NCBI GenBank assembly: GCA_013265495.1
Contig: MU058824.1
Coordinates: 3,747,111 to 3,811,110 of the forward strand
Source: Vicugna vicugna
Taxonomy: Eukaryota
DNA: 64,000 nt
Direction of reading: 5' to 3'
The notes beneath the pieces were generated by a model, which did not search any database, was not told the DNA's origin, and worked only from the letters and a program-made list of their open reading frames with translations. Position 1 is the first letter of the stretch. Each line of letters begins with the position of its first letter. A program made the position numbers and the translations under genes. Shown here in pieces: positions 12,193-26,815 of this stretch.

Positions 12193-15100
12193 CCATTGTG
12201 CATCTCACCCAGATGTTCTGAGGATCAATGAAATTTAAGGATGGGAAAATGATTTGGCTCAGTGCCTGGCATGGAGCAGTCCTCCATCCAGTGTGGGATT
12301 AGGGGGCTTGGAGAAGCCTGTGTCCCCATTCTCTGTCAGTACCCCTTCATTCTTTGCTAGGGACAGATGATGCTTTCTCGGTTGCATGCAGGGCATTTGG
12401 CTAACATATCCCTAGAACAGGTATCCTGCCTGCCCTCCTCCCCCTTTTATAACCCATGCCTAGTTCCTCCTATGGAGAAATTCTGGAGCCACTACTGCAT
12501 TCAGCAAGCTTTCCTTGGATCTGAAACAATTTCTTAAAGCTGAAAGTTAGCATGATCCGTCCCTGCTTTATGGGTTGCTTTTAGAATTAGCTACCGTGGC
12601 CATCTGGGGAGACTCAACCCCACACTCCCTGGACTCACTTGACCGAAGCTGGAAATGTCCCAGATCACACCAGTTCAATGCTCCCAGCTGCCTTGGCTCT
12701 AGACTCCTGTGGCAAATGACCTGCCAAGACCCGGCTCTTTCTTCATCTTCACTGGTGGAGGCAGGCTGTGAGCATGGTGGGTGCCAGAGTTCAGAAGCAG
12801 CTAACTGGCTGGAAGTCAGTCTGCTTGGAGCACTGCAGGGCAGACTGGGAGAGGACCTCAGGGCCTGGGGTAAGGATGGGGCATGCGATAGTGCATGAAA
12901 GCAATAATGGTGGGATCTGGGAGTTACTTTCACAATCTCAAAAAGATCAAAAGTAAATGTAGCCCAGTGAAGAAAAAAAGATTTCTCCTATCTCTGACTT
13001 CCTCGGAGAACCTCCCCCAACAGCACCGCTCTCCTCCCATGTCCATTACTAAACCAAGTACTAGCAAAGAGAGTGGGATCCCCTGGGGTAGGCTCAAGCA
13101 GTCATTTAGGAATGGAATGAATATTGAGTCCTACAAAGACTGCACGAGCAACCAAAATGGAAAAATAGGTTAATGCTCATTTAATACTATTTAATAGACA
13201 AAATCTAGGTGTATTTTGGAGAAGAAAATGGTTAGAAATGACTGGCTCAGCCTCCTTAGTTTATTGATGGGGAACCTGAAGCCCAGAGAGGGAGAGAAAG
13301 TTGTCTGGACTCACAGAGCAAGTAAGGGCAGAGCTGGGGCTAGAACCCAGGTCTGCTGGCTCCCAACCCTTTTCCCACTGGGCCCTGCCACTGCCCTGCC
13401 ATGCTGAGGAGCAACTGTGAGGATCAAGGAGTCTGTGGAAGGGCTCTGGCTTGGGCTGGGCTTTGTAGAGAAATGGGACTCTGAGAAAGGCTGGAGGCTG
13501 ACCTGGTGACTCCAGCCTCCTTTCCCCAGGCTCCTGGACTTCCAGCTGGGGTTGCATGCCAAAGGCCATGCCAGAAGGAATTATGGAAATTCTTGTTTGT
13601 TTTTATTTTTTTTCCTCCTAGTGAGCATCTGCAGACATAAAGTACATGATGATTTTTAAAGAAACAAACCAGAACCCTTGAAGAAAAATGCAAAATCCCT
13701 GAATCTGCTGTGCTCTGAGGAAAACGCAATGGGTTTATGATCTTTTAAGACACACAAGAGACAGCTTTCTCTTGACAGATGGGAATCTGAGGCTATTTTG
13801 CTTCCTCCCTCTTTGCGTGACCAGACCCGATTGTGTAAAGCTTTTAGCTTCAAAGCCGGGTTGTGAATAACATTGGTTTAACCTGAAATTTAAAGCCAGC
13901 ATTTCTTTGCTCCCCGAGACAGAGCTTCCTGCCCCTTGCTCCCCTGAAGCTAGCTTCCAGAATGTTAATTCTACGAGCCATGGTTGACTAAGCCCAGCAC
14001 TGGGTCTATTACATATTATTTGATTTGGAGTAGAAAAAAAGATTTAAAGATACCATGCCCCCTGTATACCTTTGTACTTTCGCCCATGTCTGTCCACATA
14101 TTTAAGCATACCATTCACATTGCGAGTTCAGATTTTTCTCCCTGGAATAGAATAGGTCCGAATGCCTCTGGAGCCTGTCTCCGAGCCCATACTCCTCCAT
14201 GAAGTCAGACAGCATCGTTGCGGATGAAAAACCGTCATGAACGTGTCCCCTGGAGCCTGGAGTTTCAGACGGGTCCTCGTGCAGGGGTGGTTTTCTGGTG
14301 TTCATTTTTGTAGCTTTCTCTTGCATGTAATCTGTTTGGCTTGTGCTCACCCACTGTGTGCGGCACTCAGAGGCGGGTCAGCTGTGTGCCTGGCCTCTGA
14401 GAACCGCGAGCCTTTTTGTCAGAGCACTTGTCTTGCTTGGCCCTTGCACCTCTACTGGTCTGATTATTTTTCAGTTAACGTTTGCCTCTTCCACTGGACA
14501 TCACTCCGTAAGGACAGGGCTGGTCCAGCTTTTGTTCATTACTTTGTGCCCAGCTTTAGCCCAGCGCCTGCTCAGTAAGAGCAGAATGGTTGAGAGAAGA
14601 ATGAATGAATGAACGCGATCAGATGGAGGGATTGTGACAATTGCAGACAAGACCTAGGGAGTGAAGGTGGTATTACTAATTTGTTCATTTATCCTGCAAA
14701 TTATTGTCTCCTCGACAGAGATGAATTAACTGTGGTGTTTCCCCCCAAGATAGCTAATAGTGCTGTGTGAGAGTGAAGAGCCCTGGGGCTTGACTCCTAA
14801 GATGAGGGGGAAAGTGGTCAGATGGAGAAATGAATTGGGCATGAAGGAAGACATCCTGGAGGAGGCAGCATGCATGCACATGGTTAGTGTTTGTCCTGGC
14901 ACAAAGGTATATGACACTGAGAAATGGTTTACCTTACATATGGGCTCAGTGGATCACCTCTGGCAGACAGGCTGACTCCAGGCATCACCTTCAAATGCCC
15001 ACAAATGCAAAATTCATCTTGCCAGTTCCTAGTCTTTCCAGACATTGGGAGCAGGGTTTAGAAAGCACAGCCTGATCTAAAGGAACTAGTGACTCAATCC

Positions 15101-16590
15101 CTAAGACTGAGAAATGTGGAGGGTGATTGTTTGCCCAGCCCTATCCCAAGGCTCCCTACTCCTTCCTCACTGAGGCTCTGATTATCTCTGGATTTTGTGG
15201 CCTCTGTGGCTGCCTGGGGGGACCCCTGCCTGCCTCTTCAGTATCTCTGGGGGTCTCTTTCCCCCACTCCCTCTGTTCCTTTCATCTCTTCCTCTCTGGG
15301 TGTCTCCTCTGCCTGGCACACCCTCTCCACCCCACCCGCCATTTGGTCTTGCTGGCATCTTGTCCTCTACTCTCTGTTCAAGCAAGATTCCCCTTTGGAA
15401 GGCTTCCCTGACTCCTCCCCGTGAGGTCGTTACTCATGATCATATGAATATATTTTTACACTTTTCCTACTTAGCACTAATCACAGTTTGTATTCATATC
15501 TATTTGTGTGAGTACTTGACTAAGGTGGGCTAGCCTTTCTATTTTGGATCATCACTGTATCCTTTGTTTTTTGTTTGTTTAATATTACCTGGCACAGAGT
15601 AAGCACTTTGTCAATATCTGTTCAATGAATAAGTGATCAGAGTGCCCCAGGCCTTCTTAAGGAAAGACAGACTTTCGGCATCTATGCAAAGTGGCAGGGC
15701 AGATGTCACCTCCCTCCCTAGGAGAGAAAGCAGGTAGAGGTGCTGGTTGGGTGGGAGCAGCAAGAGGGATCACAGTGGGGGGGTGTGTCCAGAGAGGTGG
15801 CTCTTCCCACCTTGCAGACCCCCACTCGGAGGTCACCAAGACAGCCTGGACATCCCCCGGGGCTCATCCCACAGTGCTGTGGGTGACTTTCAGACGGCCG
15901 GAGCAGGACGTGGGGAGCCTTCTTCCTGTAAAATGTAGCGCAGGCCTGTGCTGGAGTGTGTGTGGTGTCCTGGGGGCTGAGCCTCCAAGGACCCCCAGTG
16001 CGTGCACTTGAGTTGGCATGCCTTCTGGGCCTGTACTCTGTGCCAGGCCCTACTCGGTGACCAGATGATGACTTTGCTCGCAGGAACCCTCAGCCGAGCC
16101 GCCCTGTCTGAGCTTCCTCGGTGGAGGTAAAGCGCTGCCTTTCCAGAGCTCTGAGATGTGTACAGAGCCCAGCCTGTGAATCCCATGGGAGAGGACATCT
16201 ACAGAAGGACCGCCTGGCTGCCGGGGAGAGTCCCCGCAGAGGCAGAGACGGGGCATGTCTGCTGGGGCAGCCCGAGTGGTGGGGAGAAGTGGGCACTGCC
16301 CACCTGGGCTCAGTAGGGTGAGGCCTTGGCAGGAGTTGTCAGGAGGTGGCAGACAGGAGAGAGCCTTTGTTAGGAGTTTGGGGCCTGGCTGGTAGGATGG
16401 GGACTGCGGAGTACAAGTGAAGTTGGTAGACAGGGAGAAGTTCCATATAAGTGAACATTCTCTCTCCGACAGGGAGAAACTTGGTGGGAGCACTGGGGAC
16501 CCAGGCCAAGATCAAGCTTTGGCAAGAGTGACCAGGGCCAGGATGACTGGCCAGAGCAATAGCTGAAGAGGAGCCGGCTGAGCCCTCTTC

Positions 16591-16592
<2 letters not shown>

Positions 16593-16628
<36 letters not shown>
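16593..16628. repeat. (GT)18 microsatellite
   Basis: Perfect dinucleotide run. Confidence 0.95.
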
Positions 16629-16630
<2 letters not shown>

Positions 16631-17589
16631 CTGTGCACACAAGGGACATTTGGTAGATGCCAGCCAGTGGGAGAACACTGCTGGGCAGACACAGACTGGG
16701 CAGTGAGCCCCCACATCCTGCTCGTCTTGGTTCCCTTGTGCAAATGATCCCCCTGGGGACAGGGATGACAGAAGATGGGGCTCCAAGGATGATGTCCCAT
16801 AGGCAGGAGCAGGGAGCCGTCTCGTGGAGGGTCAGAGTCACAGGCTTCCAGAGGAGGCCCCAGGTTTCAGGCTGGAGGCCAACAGTTAGGGTGACCTGCT
16901 TCCTCCTTGGCCCCACATGTTGGGGTGTCTGGTCATTCAGTCCGCCGCCCAGCTTAGATCAAAATTGGATCTGGGATCCACTTTCTCAGGGGCCTCATGA
17001 GCCGCCTCTGAAGGCCCTTGGTGTAGAGGATGCTGGAGCTCTCTGAGCTGTCAGACTCCGTGGGGAACCCTTAAAGGCCAGCAGTCATGTGAACAACCAA
17101 AGCTGGTGTCTTTGTTCAAATGTTAGACCCTGTATTGCCATTGTACCCAGATAGGACAGTTGGGGAAGCACCCACTTGGGGCAGTATCTCAGTGACACAG
17201 TGTCCCACTGCTTCAGGCTCCTTGGTTTGGCTTCCTTCCTCACGTGGGTGAGGTTTTGACATGACGGATGAAGTCTAGAGCAGCAGTGGGCTGGCAGGGT
17301 TGGGGGTGGGAGGGAGGACTGGGCAAGGCCTGTGTAAGGGCATCTGCTGGGGAGAGACCTGACACGTGCTGGTTCCCCCCTCTCAGGGCTTCCCAATGGC
17401 AAAGGCAGAGCCTGACCTGTGGCCCTGGGGTCCAGCCGTGTCTCTGGGCAGCCCTGCAGGAGTAGCTCGATCCCAGACGGCCTTGGGGAATGATGGCCCC
17501 GAGGCCATTTCCTCACTGGAAACTTTTGCCCTCCCATTTTGAATGGTTCAAGCCCAATGCCCACAAAAGATATTTCAACACATTTCCTT

Positions 17590-18360
17590 TTTTTTAAGTT
17601 GATAATTTGTAATATTTTCTTTTAAATGTAGACATCATCACCAGAGACTGTTACAGTGTGAAGAGCTAACAGTACAGAACCCATAGAGAATTTAATCCTG
17701 TACTTTCTTGGTAATTTACATTTTTGGATAGGCAACACATTTAAAGTTCTACAACAAACCAAAGCAAAGCAAAAGAAAAGAAGCATGCTATGAAAAGTCT
17801 CCCTCCTCTTTTGCCTCCATCCACTTAGTTCCTAACTCCCTAAATGGGTAACCACTCTAAATATTTTTTGTGTTGCTTTCCAGAGTTTTATGTATGTACG
17901 TACACACACATACAATGCATATGAAGTCTTATTTTCTTCCTTTTTCACACAAACAGTTGTATATTATACACGCTGGGCTGTACCTTGTTTACTGTTTTTC
18001 ACTTAGCAATGCGTCTTGAAGATCTTTCCGTATCAACTCAGAGGGAGTCCTCTTCCCTTTTTGCTGCTGCACAGTATTCCGCCGTGTGAGTGTATCATAA
18101 CTCATTTGACCAGCTCCTACAAAAAAACTCTTGGATTGTTTCCAGTTTTTGGCTACTAGAATCTTGTACATATATCACTTCCAACATGTGTAAGTCTGGC
18201 TATAAAATAAATTCCCAGAGGTGCTCTATCAAAAGGAACTTGCATTTGTGATCTTGATAGATTTTATCAAATTGTCCATCACAGGTGTGTGACCAGTAGA
18301 CCCCTGCCAGAACTGCATGAGAGCATCTGTTTCCCTATAGCTTTCCTAACACAGTGTTTT
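17590..18360 (-). mobile_element. L1ME-like 3' end fragment
   Basis: Reverse-strand L1 3'UTR hallmarks (ttggattgtttccagtttttggctacta, ataaattcccagaggtg, ttgatagattttatcaaattgtcc). Confidence 0.7.
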
Positions 18361-18707
18361 ATTGGCTGGTCACATGATGTGGTGGCAAATGTCCCAGGTA
18401 AAGACATCAGCTCTGGGACAAAACTGTACTTCCAAGGGGATCTTCAGTGCAGGAGAGGCAGTGGCACCTGGTGATTAAGCCTCTGAGTCCACCTGAGCTC
18501 CACTCCTCAGGCAAATCACTTAATCTCTTTAGGCCTCGATTTTCTCATCTGCAAAGTGGGGGAACTAACACCATCTACACTGGGTTCATTATGCAGATTA
18601 GATGTGATGATGCAGGCTTCACGCCGTGCCTGGCACGTGGCTGTGAGAGGCTGGCTCTGTGCTAACCTGTAGGCTGACCTTGGCCAAAGACCCACTCCAT
18701 CGTCTGA

Positions 18708-19196
<489 letters not shown>

Positions 19197-20184
19197 TGAC
19201 TTCTTGCCTGGTGCCTCTGTCTCTCCGGCCAGTGGGGCGTGTGGAGTGTCTGACTGCTGTGGCACTGCAGAGTGATGGTGTCCTTTCCCTGGGGTCTTCA
19301 CACACGGTGGGGTAATGATCTTCTGGGCCACTTGAGGTGGTCTTGGGTCATTATCCTGTCAGTCAGGGTGCAGGTGGAAATACGTAAGCATCGTCTGGTC
19401 ATAAACCATGGTATAAGGGCAATGATGTGTCCCACTGTCAGCCCTCTCGTCACATTTTCCTGTCATGCTTTTAGAACTGAACCCAGGAATCTGGAAATGA
19501 AGTGTCTCACTGGACAAACTCCCAGCTGGGTCATTTGCAAGAGAGGGAAGAAAGCAGGACGGCCCCCTGCTGAGCAGCCCCCTGCTCTAACCTGGGCCGA
19601 GTCGCAGTCACTGCGTATGGCTGTGGAGATGGGACCAGAAAGGCTCTGCCCAATGAGAGGCTCTCAGGGTCTGGATAGGGTCCCCAAAGTACCGGATTTA
19701 ATTCAGGAGACGGTTTCCTGGTGCCCCCTCTGTGACAGGCCCTGGGCTGGACACCTCGCAGGCGTGGGCAGCTCGGGCTGGGCTCCTGCCTGCTGAGAGC
19801 TCCCATCTGGTGGGAGAGTCAGAGGGGCCCATGAGCAATGACTTTCCCCAGCACTTGCCGGCTGGTCCTGGTGGTGAGGACTGGCCTCACTGAGCTTCCT
19901 TTACATGCTAATTAGATGATGCTTCTCAAGTTTTCCCAAAGAGCCACTCAGAACAACATAGGCTGCCTCCACAGGCTCCCAGGGAGAGAAAAGGTGCTGG
20001 CAGGGACCGTGGGTGGGGAGGAGTGAGCGAGGCCTCGGGGGCCACCATCCTATGACAGTCTGGTTGTCTCTGTGCAGCTCCCGTGCGGGCTCTCACAGAC
20101 CTTCTAGCCACTTTGTTTTTGGATGGGGAAACTCAGGCCCAGAGAGGCACAGAGACTTGCCTCAGGCCACCCAGCAAGTTATGT

Positions 20185-20680
20185 AGTTACTTAACAAGCG
20201 CTAGTGAATGTTGACTATGTACAAAGCATGGAGCCAGGCACTAGGTATATGAAAAAGACAGGCTTGGACCTGCCCTCAGGGAGCCTATTAAGGTGTGGAA
20301 GAATCACAATAAAGAATGATTACTTGAAGGGTCATGGATTATAGATGTACTGGGTGCCGAGGAGGGGATGCCGGAGGTTCTCTGAAGGCACAAAGCAGGT
20401 GCTGAGCCAGCCTGGAAGCCACAGGGGCCTTCTGGGGGAAGAACACTTGTGCTGAGCCCTGAAGGGATGTGGTGGGGAGAATATGCCTGGCATATGGAAT
20501 AGTGAGTGCAAAGGCCCTGAGGTGAGAGGGAGCGTTGCAGGAGTAAGGAATGGAAAGAAAGTGTGGCTGGGCTTTGGGGAACGGGCTGGGGAAGGCCGGG
20601 GGCTGATGCTGGGGAGCTGGGCCTGCTCTTGTAGACTATGCTCAGAATTTCGGTCTTTTTTCCTACAAGTTGAGTGACGC
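20185..20680 (-). mobile_element. L2 fragment
   Basis: Reversed L2 tail and ggaatagtgagtgcaaaggccctgaggtgagagggagc. Confidence 0.6.
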
Positions 20681-23600
20681 CTCCTCTGGGAATGACATCA
20701 GTCATATGTGCTGGCCAGAGCTGACCTCACACAAGCTAGGTCCTGCGCTTTAGGGAGAAGAGGCTGTTTCCATCGCAGACAGCTTCTCTCACTGCTCAAA
20801 GCCCTTCAGAGAAGTGGCTGAAGCCACATTCCATCTGACATAGGAGGAGAAAGAAAAGGGACTCGACCTGGAAACTTCCTTGGATGAGACCAATCTTTCC
20901 CTCCAGAACCTGGGAGAAAAGTTATCTTCTAACCTTTAATAAGATCACATAATTTTAGAGCCAGCAGGGACTACAGAGGCAAGCTATCAATCCCCTCATT
21001 TTTTAGAGCCCCAGAGAGGGAACAGGGTTTGTCTGAGGTCACTCATTGAGTGAGGGCAAGGCCTCTGCACAAAAAAAATCTGGTGTTTCTATTAAGCCTT
21101 TATCCACTTAATTCAGACATTCAGTGTCAGGGACTGTATTTCCCTCTGTTTCACGTGATTCTCATGGAAACTCAGAACCTAATCATAGTTCATTCAGCTC
21201 GGAATGCCCTGGGAAACTGGGAAGACCGTAGGGCTGCATACTCGGGAGGAGTCCATCCACCTGTCCATTCAGTCACCTGCTCAGACGCTCATATGCTTAT
21301 TTATGCTTATTTCTTGCACAGTGGCTGTGAGTCTGGCACAGTGCCTGCACCCAGGGGAGGGAGGATGGGATGAGTCAGACACCAGCTCAGCCCACAGCCT
21401 CAAAGGGGCAATATGATGTAGGGTAAGGGTCTGTGGGCCCTGATGAATGGAGACATCGCCTCAGCTGGGAGCATCAGGGAGGATGTCATGGAGGAGGAGC
21501 CGTTGGGGGACAGTTCGAGAGGCCCATGGGGAGATGGGTCTCGGGGGAGAGACCTGACTTACAGACTCTGTGAGGGCTCCATTTGCAGCAGTCTGGCTGT
21601 GCCGTGTCCTTCAGGATGACGCGGACACACTGCGGGCCTGTCTCTGACTGTGTGGGCTCTGAGGCGGGGCCTTCTGGTGGGATAATGACTGACTCAGTGC
21701 TTTCTGGTTAATCTGCTTCATCTCCCCGTAATGGGCCGTAATGAGGAGAGATGGGAGGTGAGGCCGTGGGGGTGCCAGGCACACACACACAGGCACTGGA
21801 CTATGAATGACATACCCTAGCTCGCCATTCCCAATCACTTTGGACAAATGACGGCCAAGCAAGGGCCCGCAGGCTGGGAAAGAATGCGCATCAAGGGTAT
21901 AGGTTCCTCGTGCCCCTTGTGCCCGTTGGCGGCCTTACCTTGTGAGCCCCAGAATGCATGGCAGTGGTGCCAGGAAGGGGCCGGCACTTTTGCCATTTGT
22001 GAGCATATCTGGTCTCCAAGGTCTAGTGGCAGCTTGTGGGGAAGAATGAACATTTACTGGCCTTGGAATTGGGGGAGTTGGACTTGAGTCCAGCTTCTGC
22101 TCTGCTGGGCAAGTCGCTTTTTCTCTGGACCTGTTTCCATACCTGGGGTGGTAGTAATTGTGATTTTGATGACACAGCCTAACAACAGCAGCAGTGATCC
22201 TCACCTGCGTGTGATCCTGTACAGTTTTCAGAGCTCTTTCCCATCCATCCTCTCTTCAGAGTCTCCATGTAAATATCTGCTATGCAGGCTGGGCAAGATT
22301 TGTGAGCCCCATTTTACAGATTGGGACTTTTTTTAGTCATTTCACCCCACTTTCAGGGCCAAAAGGCTTCTGTAGAGCTGGAATCCGACCTCAGGACCTT
22401 TTGTTCATCTTGTGCAAGATGGTTACACGGGTCTCCATGTCCCCGAACAATACTAGGAGCCAGATTTCTGACTGGCTGGTTTTCAGAGCTAGCCTTTGGC
22501 AACCAGAGTCTGCCAGTCATTCCAGAGCCCTCAGAGTCTTGCCATAGGCTTGAGTGGTCAAATCCTTCTTAATCATCCTGCCCACCCTCCCATGGGAAGA
22601 ACCTCTATCTCTTTAGGGTGAGGTTGGGGTTCCGCTTGTCACTTTCACAAGCTCAGAGCCCACCTGGCTGCTTTTCCCACCAAGATCTGCCCCAGTGGGA
22701 TGGACCCAGGCTTCTCTCTTTTATATGGGAACTTAGTAAACCCTTGTCCCTGGGTGGAAGGGGTTAATGTACAGGCATCCTGGGACAATGAAACACTTCC
22801 TTCTCAAAATGGTTATTGAAAAAGCAATTCTGTTTTTTTCTACATGTGAAGTAAGTAAAAATCACCTTGAAGGAGAAAAGGAAAAAAAAAGAAACAACGG
22901 CGGGTGGTGTGAGTGCGTGTGTCTTTCCAACAGTGAAATCTGTTTCAGTAAAACTCGCATTGACGCTGTCGTGGACGCCACGCTCCTGGCGGGAGCTGGT
23001 CCCTCCTCTGGCCGAGGCAGGAAGGCTGCCACCGAGCACAGCCTGCTGTATTTACTCTCGGCAGACTATTAACCAACACCAGGCTATTAATCTGGCTTTT
23101 GAGCCTTCACTAAAGCCCATAAAAGCTCACAGTTGTCAAATGGAGTTCATTTTAATTTCCTTTCAATCACAGTAAATTATTCAGGTGATAAATCAGCTGG
23201 AGCAGCCTCCTGGCTGTAATAGAAACCCTAATTCCTGGCTAATTATCCAGCCCATTGCTGCCAACAGATCAATACGGGCGCAAAATGGAACGGGCCCAGG
23301 GCCCTCCCTCCCATCGGGCCAGAGGCAGAAAGACAGCTGGGGAAGGGGGACGTGCTGCTGACCTCCCAGGAAGTTCAAAGGTCACGGGGGTTAAACCGGG
23401 AGAAGGCCTGTCCATTCTCTAACAGAGAAGCCACCAGAAATGCCTCCTTCTCTCAGGAGCCGCTTTACCCTCTGATTGGTGGTATTTCTCCAGACTGGTG
23501 GGCCTGCGACTAAGCATTGCCTACTCCTGTGGGCGTCTTCTTCCTGGGATGGGGCTGGTTTGTGTTTCTGAGCATGACTGAACTTTGTCATCAGGCATGG

Positions 23601-24356
23601 CCTGAACACTCTGAGTCAGAAAAAGGGCTGTAGGCTATGAGGGAAAAAGATAAGGTTCTGGATACACTTCCTTTCTTCAGGGAGCTCCAGGTGGAGAGCA
23701 AGTAGGGAGAGAAGAGGATGAGGAGACAGCTGTGCCAGGCTGAGAATGAAGGAAGGCTTCCTGGAGGAGGTGTCATTGGTGCTGTGCCTTGAGGGATGGG
23801 CAGGATCCAGCTCTGTGGAGATAGTAGAGAGTTGGCTGGAGAGGACATTCTGGGCAGAAGGAACAGTGTGGGCAAAGGTGTGGAGGGATGCAAGTATGGC
23901 AGGGAACTAACTGTAGGCTGGTCTAGGCGGTTGGAATATGATCTGAATGAAGGAAAGTCAGGGACACTGGGGCTGGAAAAGCCAGAAGGACCTAAACCCT
24001 AGAGGGCTGGAATGTGGAGGTAAGGAGGTTCTGTTTTGTTTTGGGGACAGTTTGCCCTGAGGAGCCCTGAGTCTGTGACCTGGACTAGTCTGCTCACCTG
24101 GGAGCAGCTTTCAGGGGGACTCCTGCCTCCTGCCCTGTCCCTACTGCCACTCACTGCTGGAGCTCTCTTCCTGAAGTTCATCCTCATGTAATAGCTCCTC
24201 GTGATTTCCCACTTCAGAACCCCAGTCCCTGCTCTTCATCTTCATCATGACCCTTCACCTCCCCCACGGCCCACTGTGTGCCTGCAGGATGCTCTGGATG
24301 CAGCCAGGCCTGACCCCTCACTGCCCCACATGAGCTGGGCTCTTGCTGTCTGAGGC

Positions 24357-24377
24357 TGTGTGTGTGTGTGTGTGTGT
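24357..24377. repeat. (TG)10 microsatellite
   Basis: Perfect dinucleotide run. Confidence 0.9.
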
Positions 24378-26184
24378 ATGCGGGGGAACCCCAGGGATGC
24401 TCTGAGTATGCAGGGTGGCAGGGACTGCGGTTCTTATTACTTTCTTAATGTTGTTGTTCTCACTCCAAACTCCTCACAGTTTCCCTGCATGGAAGATTTT
24501 TTCAGTCTGTTTCTAAATCAATGCTGTCCTGGCCCAGCAGGAGTCCTGCCTGACCTGGGAGGCCTTCGCTGACCCACTTAGCTTGCAATGACTTGCATCT
24601 TGTTTGAGCTCATCAGTGCACTGGGTTCTAATCATTACGGTGGTAATTGTTGTAGTGACTGTGTATTCATAGCTTACCATGGGCCTGACTCTGTTCTGAG
24701 AAGAACCCTCCTGGCCCCATCGCATTGCAAAGTCACAAAACCCCTATTATCCCCATTGTGCAGACAAGACGGTTGAGGCTTGGTGAGATCAGTGCAATGA
24801 CTTAGCCATGGGAACACAGTAAGTGTGGAGCCAAGTCAGAAGCCACATCTCCAGCTCCAGAGTCCAGGCTGGTGGCCACTGGGTTACCCACAGCTGAAGC
24901 ACCATCAGGCTGCCCACCAATTCTTCTAGGTGGGCAATGTCCTGGAGACACAACCTGGGGCTCCAGTCTACTCACCCTGAGAGCTGAGCATGAATTGGGA
25001 AGTGCTGAGCTGCTCCACAGACCAACGTGGTCTCTGGAGGTAAGAAGTGAAGTCAGGGACATTGAGTGTCCTCTTCTGTTGTGAGCTGGTTCTGCTCCTC
25101 TCACCCAGCCCTTCCCCTCTCAGGGCTGTGCTCAAGGCTGGGCTCCGCCACTGCAGACAAAGCAGACTTTGTTCAGAAGAGGTGATTAAAATTCTTTTCT
25201 TGGAGGGATGATTGGAGAAATGGGGCTGTCTGGTCTAAAGAAGGGAAGACTTGGAGGTGTGAGCAGGGGAAGAGACAGGCTGAGAGAACTTTCTAATAGC
25301 TCAAGCTCTCTGATAGTTGAGTGGACCTCCTTGTGAAGTAGTGAGCTCCCTGTCACTGGAGGCATATAAGGAAAATCTCTCCTTTTTCATATATGCTGTA
25401 GTAGAAGTTCAAGAATCCATTGAGGTCTTAATTAGCTAAAAGTCAAGGTCCTTCCAATCGGGAAGAATGATTCTAAGCTAAGGAGAGTGAGAAGGTCTGG
25501 TGGGAAGAGGGGGAGTGGTAGGGGAGGCAGCAAAAGGAGAAGAGCATTTATGCTGCAGCATGGCGGGAACACTGAAGGGCAGTTTCCTCCCAGGGACCTT
25601 CACTAGGGTAGGCAGAGCCTGGATCATAGGAGCCATTGTTCTGAGCATCAGGGGGCTGGAGGCTGTAAGGTCCTGGGAGGCCAATGATGAGTGTAGCTCC
25701 TCTAGTGCACAGAACAGAGGTGGGGTTTCTGGTGAAGACACCAGGGCCAGAAGTCTGGATACCAGTGGCTGCTGCTGGCCTCACTGCCCACACGCAGTCC
25801 CAGGCATCTTCTGCCCGGGGAATTCAGGGCCAGATCTCAAGGGGGTAGCGGGTGGTGAGGAGGAGCAGAGAGACCCATGTCCTGCCGACAGGTGCCACAG
25901 CTTGCAGGGGGGGCTGGTAAAGTGTGATGCATAATTGAAGATGAAGAATCTACTAATTAAAAAGCCCCAACAACCTCTCACATAGCACCCTAGCTCACAG
26001 TGACCCTATGAGGTAGAGTATATGTGGTGTAATCTTCCCACTGCAGATGAGAAAACTGAGGTAGAGGGAGATTAAGTAACATTCCGAAAATGATTGACTG
26101 CCACATTCTCTGCTCCCTGCTTTTTGTGGGTGTAGTCAGTCCTCTGGAGTCAGCTCCCTGAATTCTGCATGAGGGAGATAACTC

Positions 26185-26815
26185 CTGATTGATTGATTGA
26201 TTTTAGCAAATACAAATGGAGCACCTACTCTGTGCCGAGTACTGTGCTAAGTGCTGGGGACACAGCAGCAACAGACATGCGATTCCCAGAATTTGCCCAA
26301 TAGCAACAGAGACAGATTTTAACAAAATAATTATGCCAGTAAAAACAGTGTATCATTACCAATCGTTACAGAGTGTGATGGGTGCCCTAAGGAGACAGAT
26401 CCAGGGTGTGCTGAGAGTGAAGAGTGTGACCTCATTTAGATGGGAGGTCGGGAATGTCTATCTGAGGATGGCACCTTTGAGCTCAAGGGGGTCAGGGTGG
26501 TGGGAACAGTGTCCCAGGCAGAGGGAACAGCCTGCACGAAGGCCTGAAGCTGGAAAGACTTTGGTCCAGTAACCAAAAAGGCATGGGAGGCAGAAAGGGA
26601 TGTGTGGTACAGTTAGTGAGGTGGTAGGGGCCGGCTGTGAGGGGCTTGTGGACCAGGCCCAGGGCCTTGGGTTTTATCTTGAGAGCAAGAAGAAGCCTCT
26701 GTAAGATTTTAAACCGGGCACTATCAGGCTCCAATCCAATATAGATTAGAGTATTCTGGCTGCTGTGAGGAGACTTGGAATGTTGGGAGGTTATTGCCAA
26801 GGTGCAAATTATTCG
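26185..26815 (-). mobile_element. L2 3' region
   Basis: gattgattgatt...gagcacctactctgtgccgagtactgtgctaagtgctggggacacagcagcaa and ccaggcagagggaacagcctgcacgaaggcctgaag. Confidence 0.75.

Noticed and set aside
16339..17564. Cluster of 130-160 aa ORFs
   Set aside because: They span a (GT)n microsatellite (THTH runs), have no domain or splice support, and lie in GC-rich intron.
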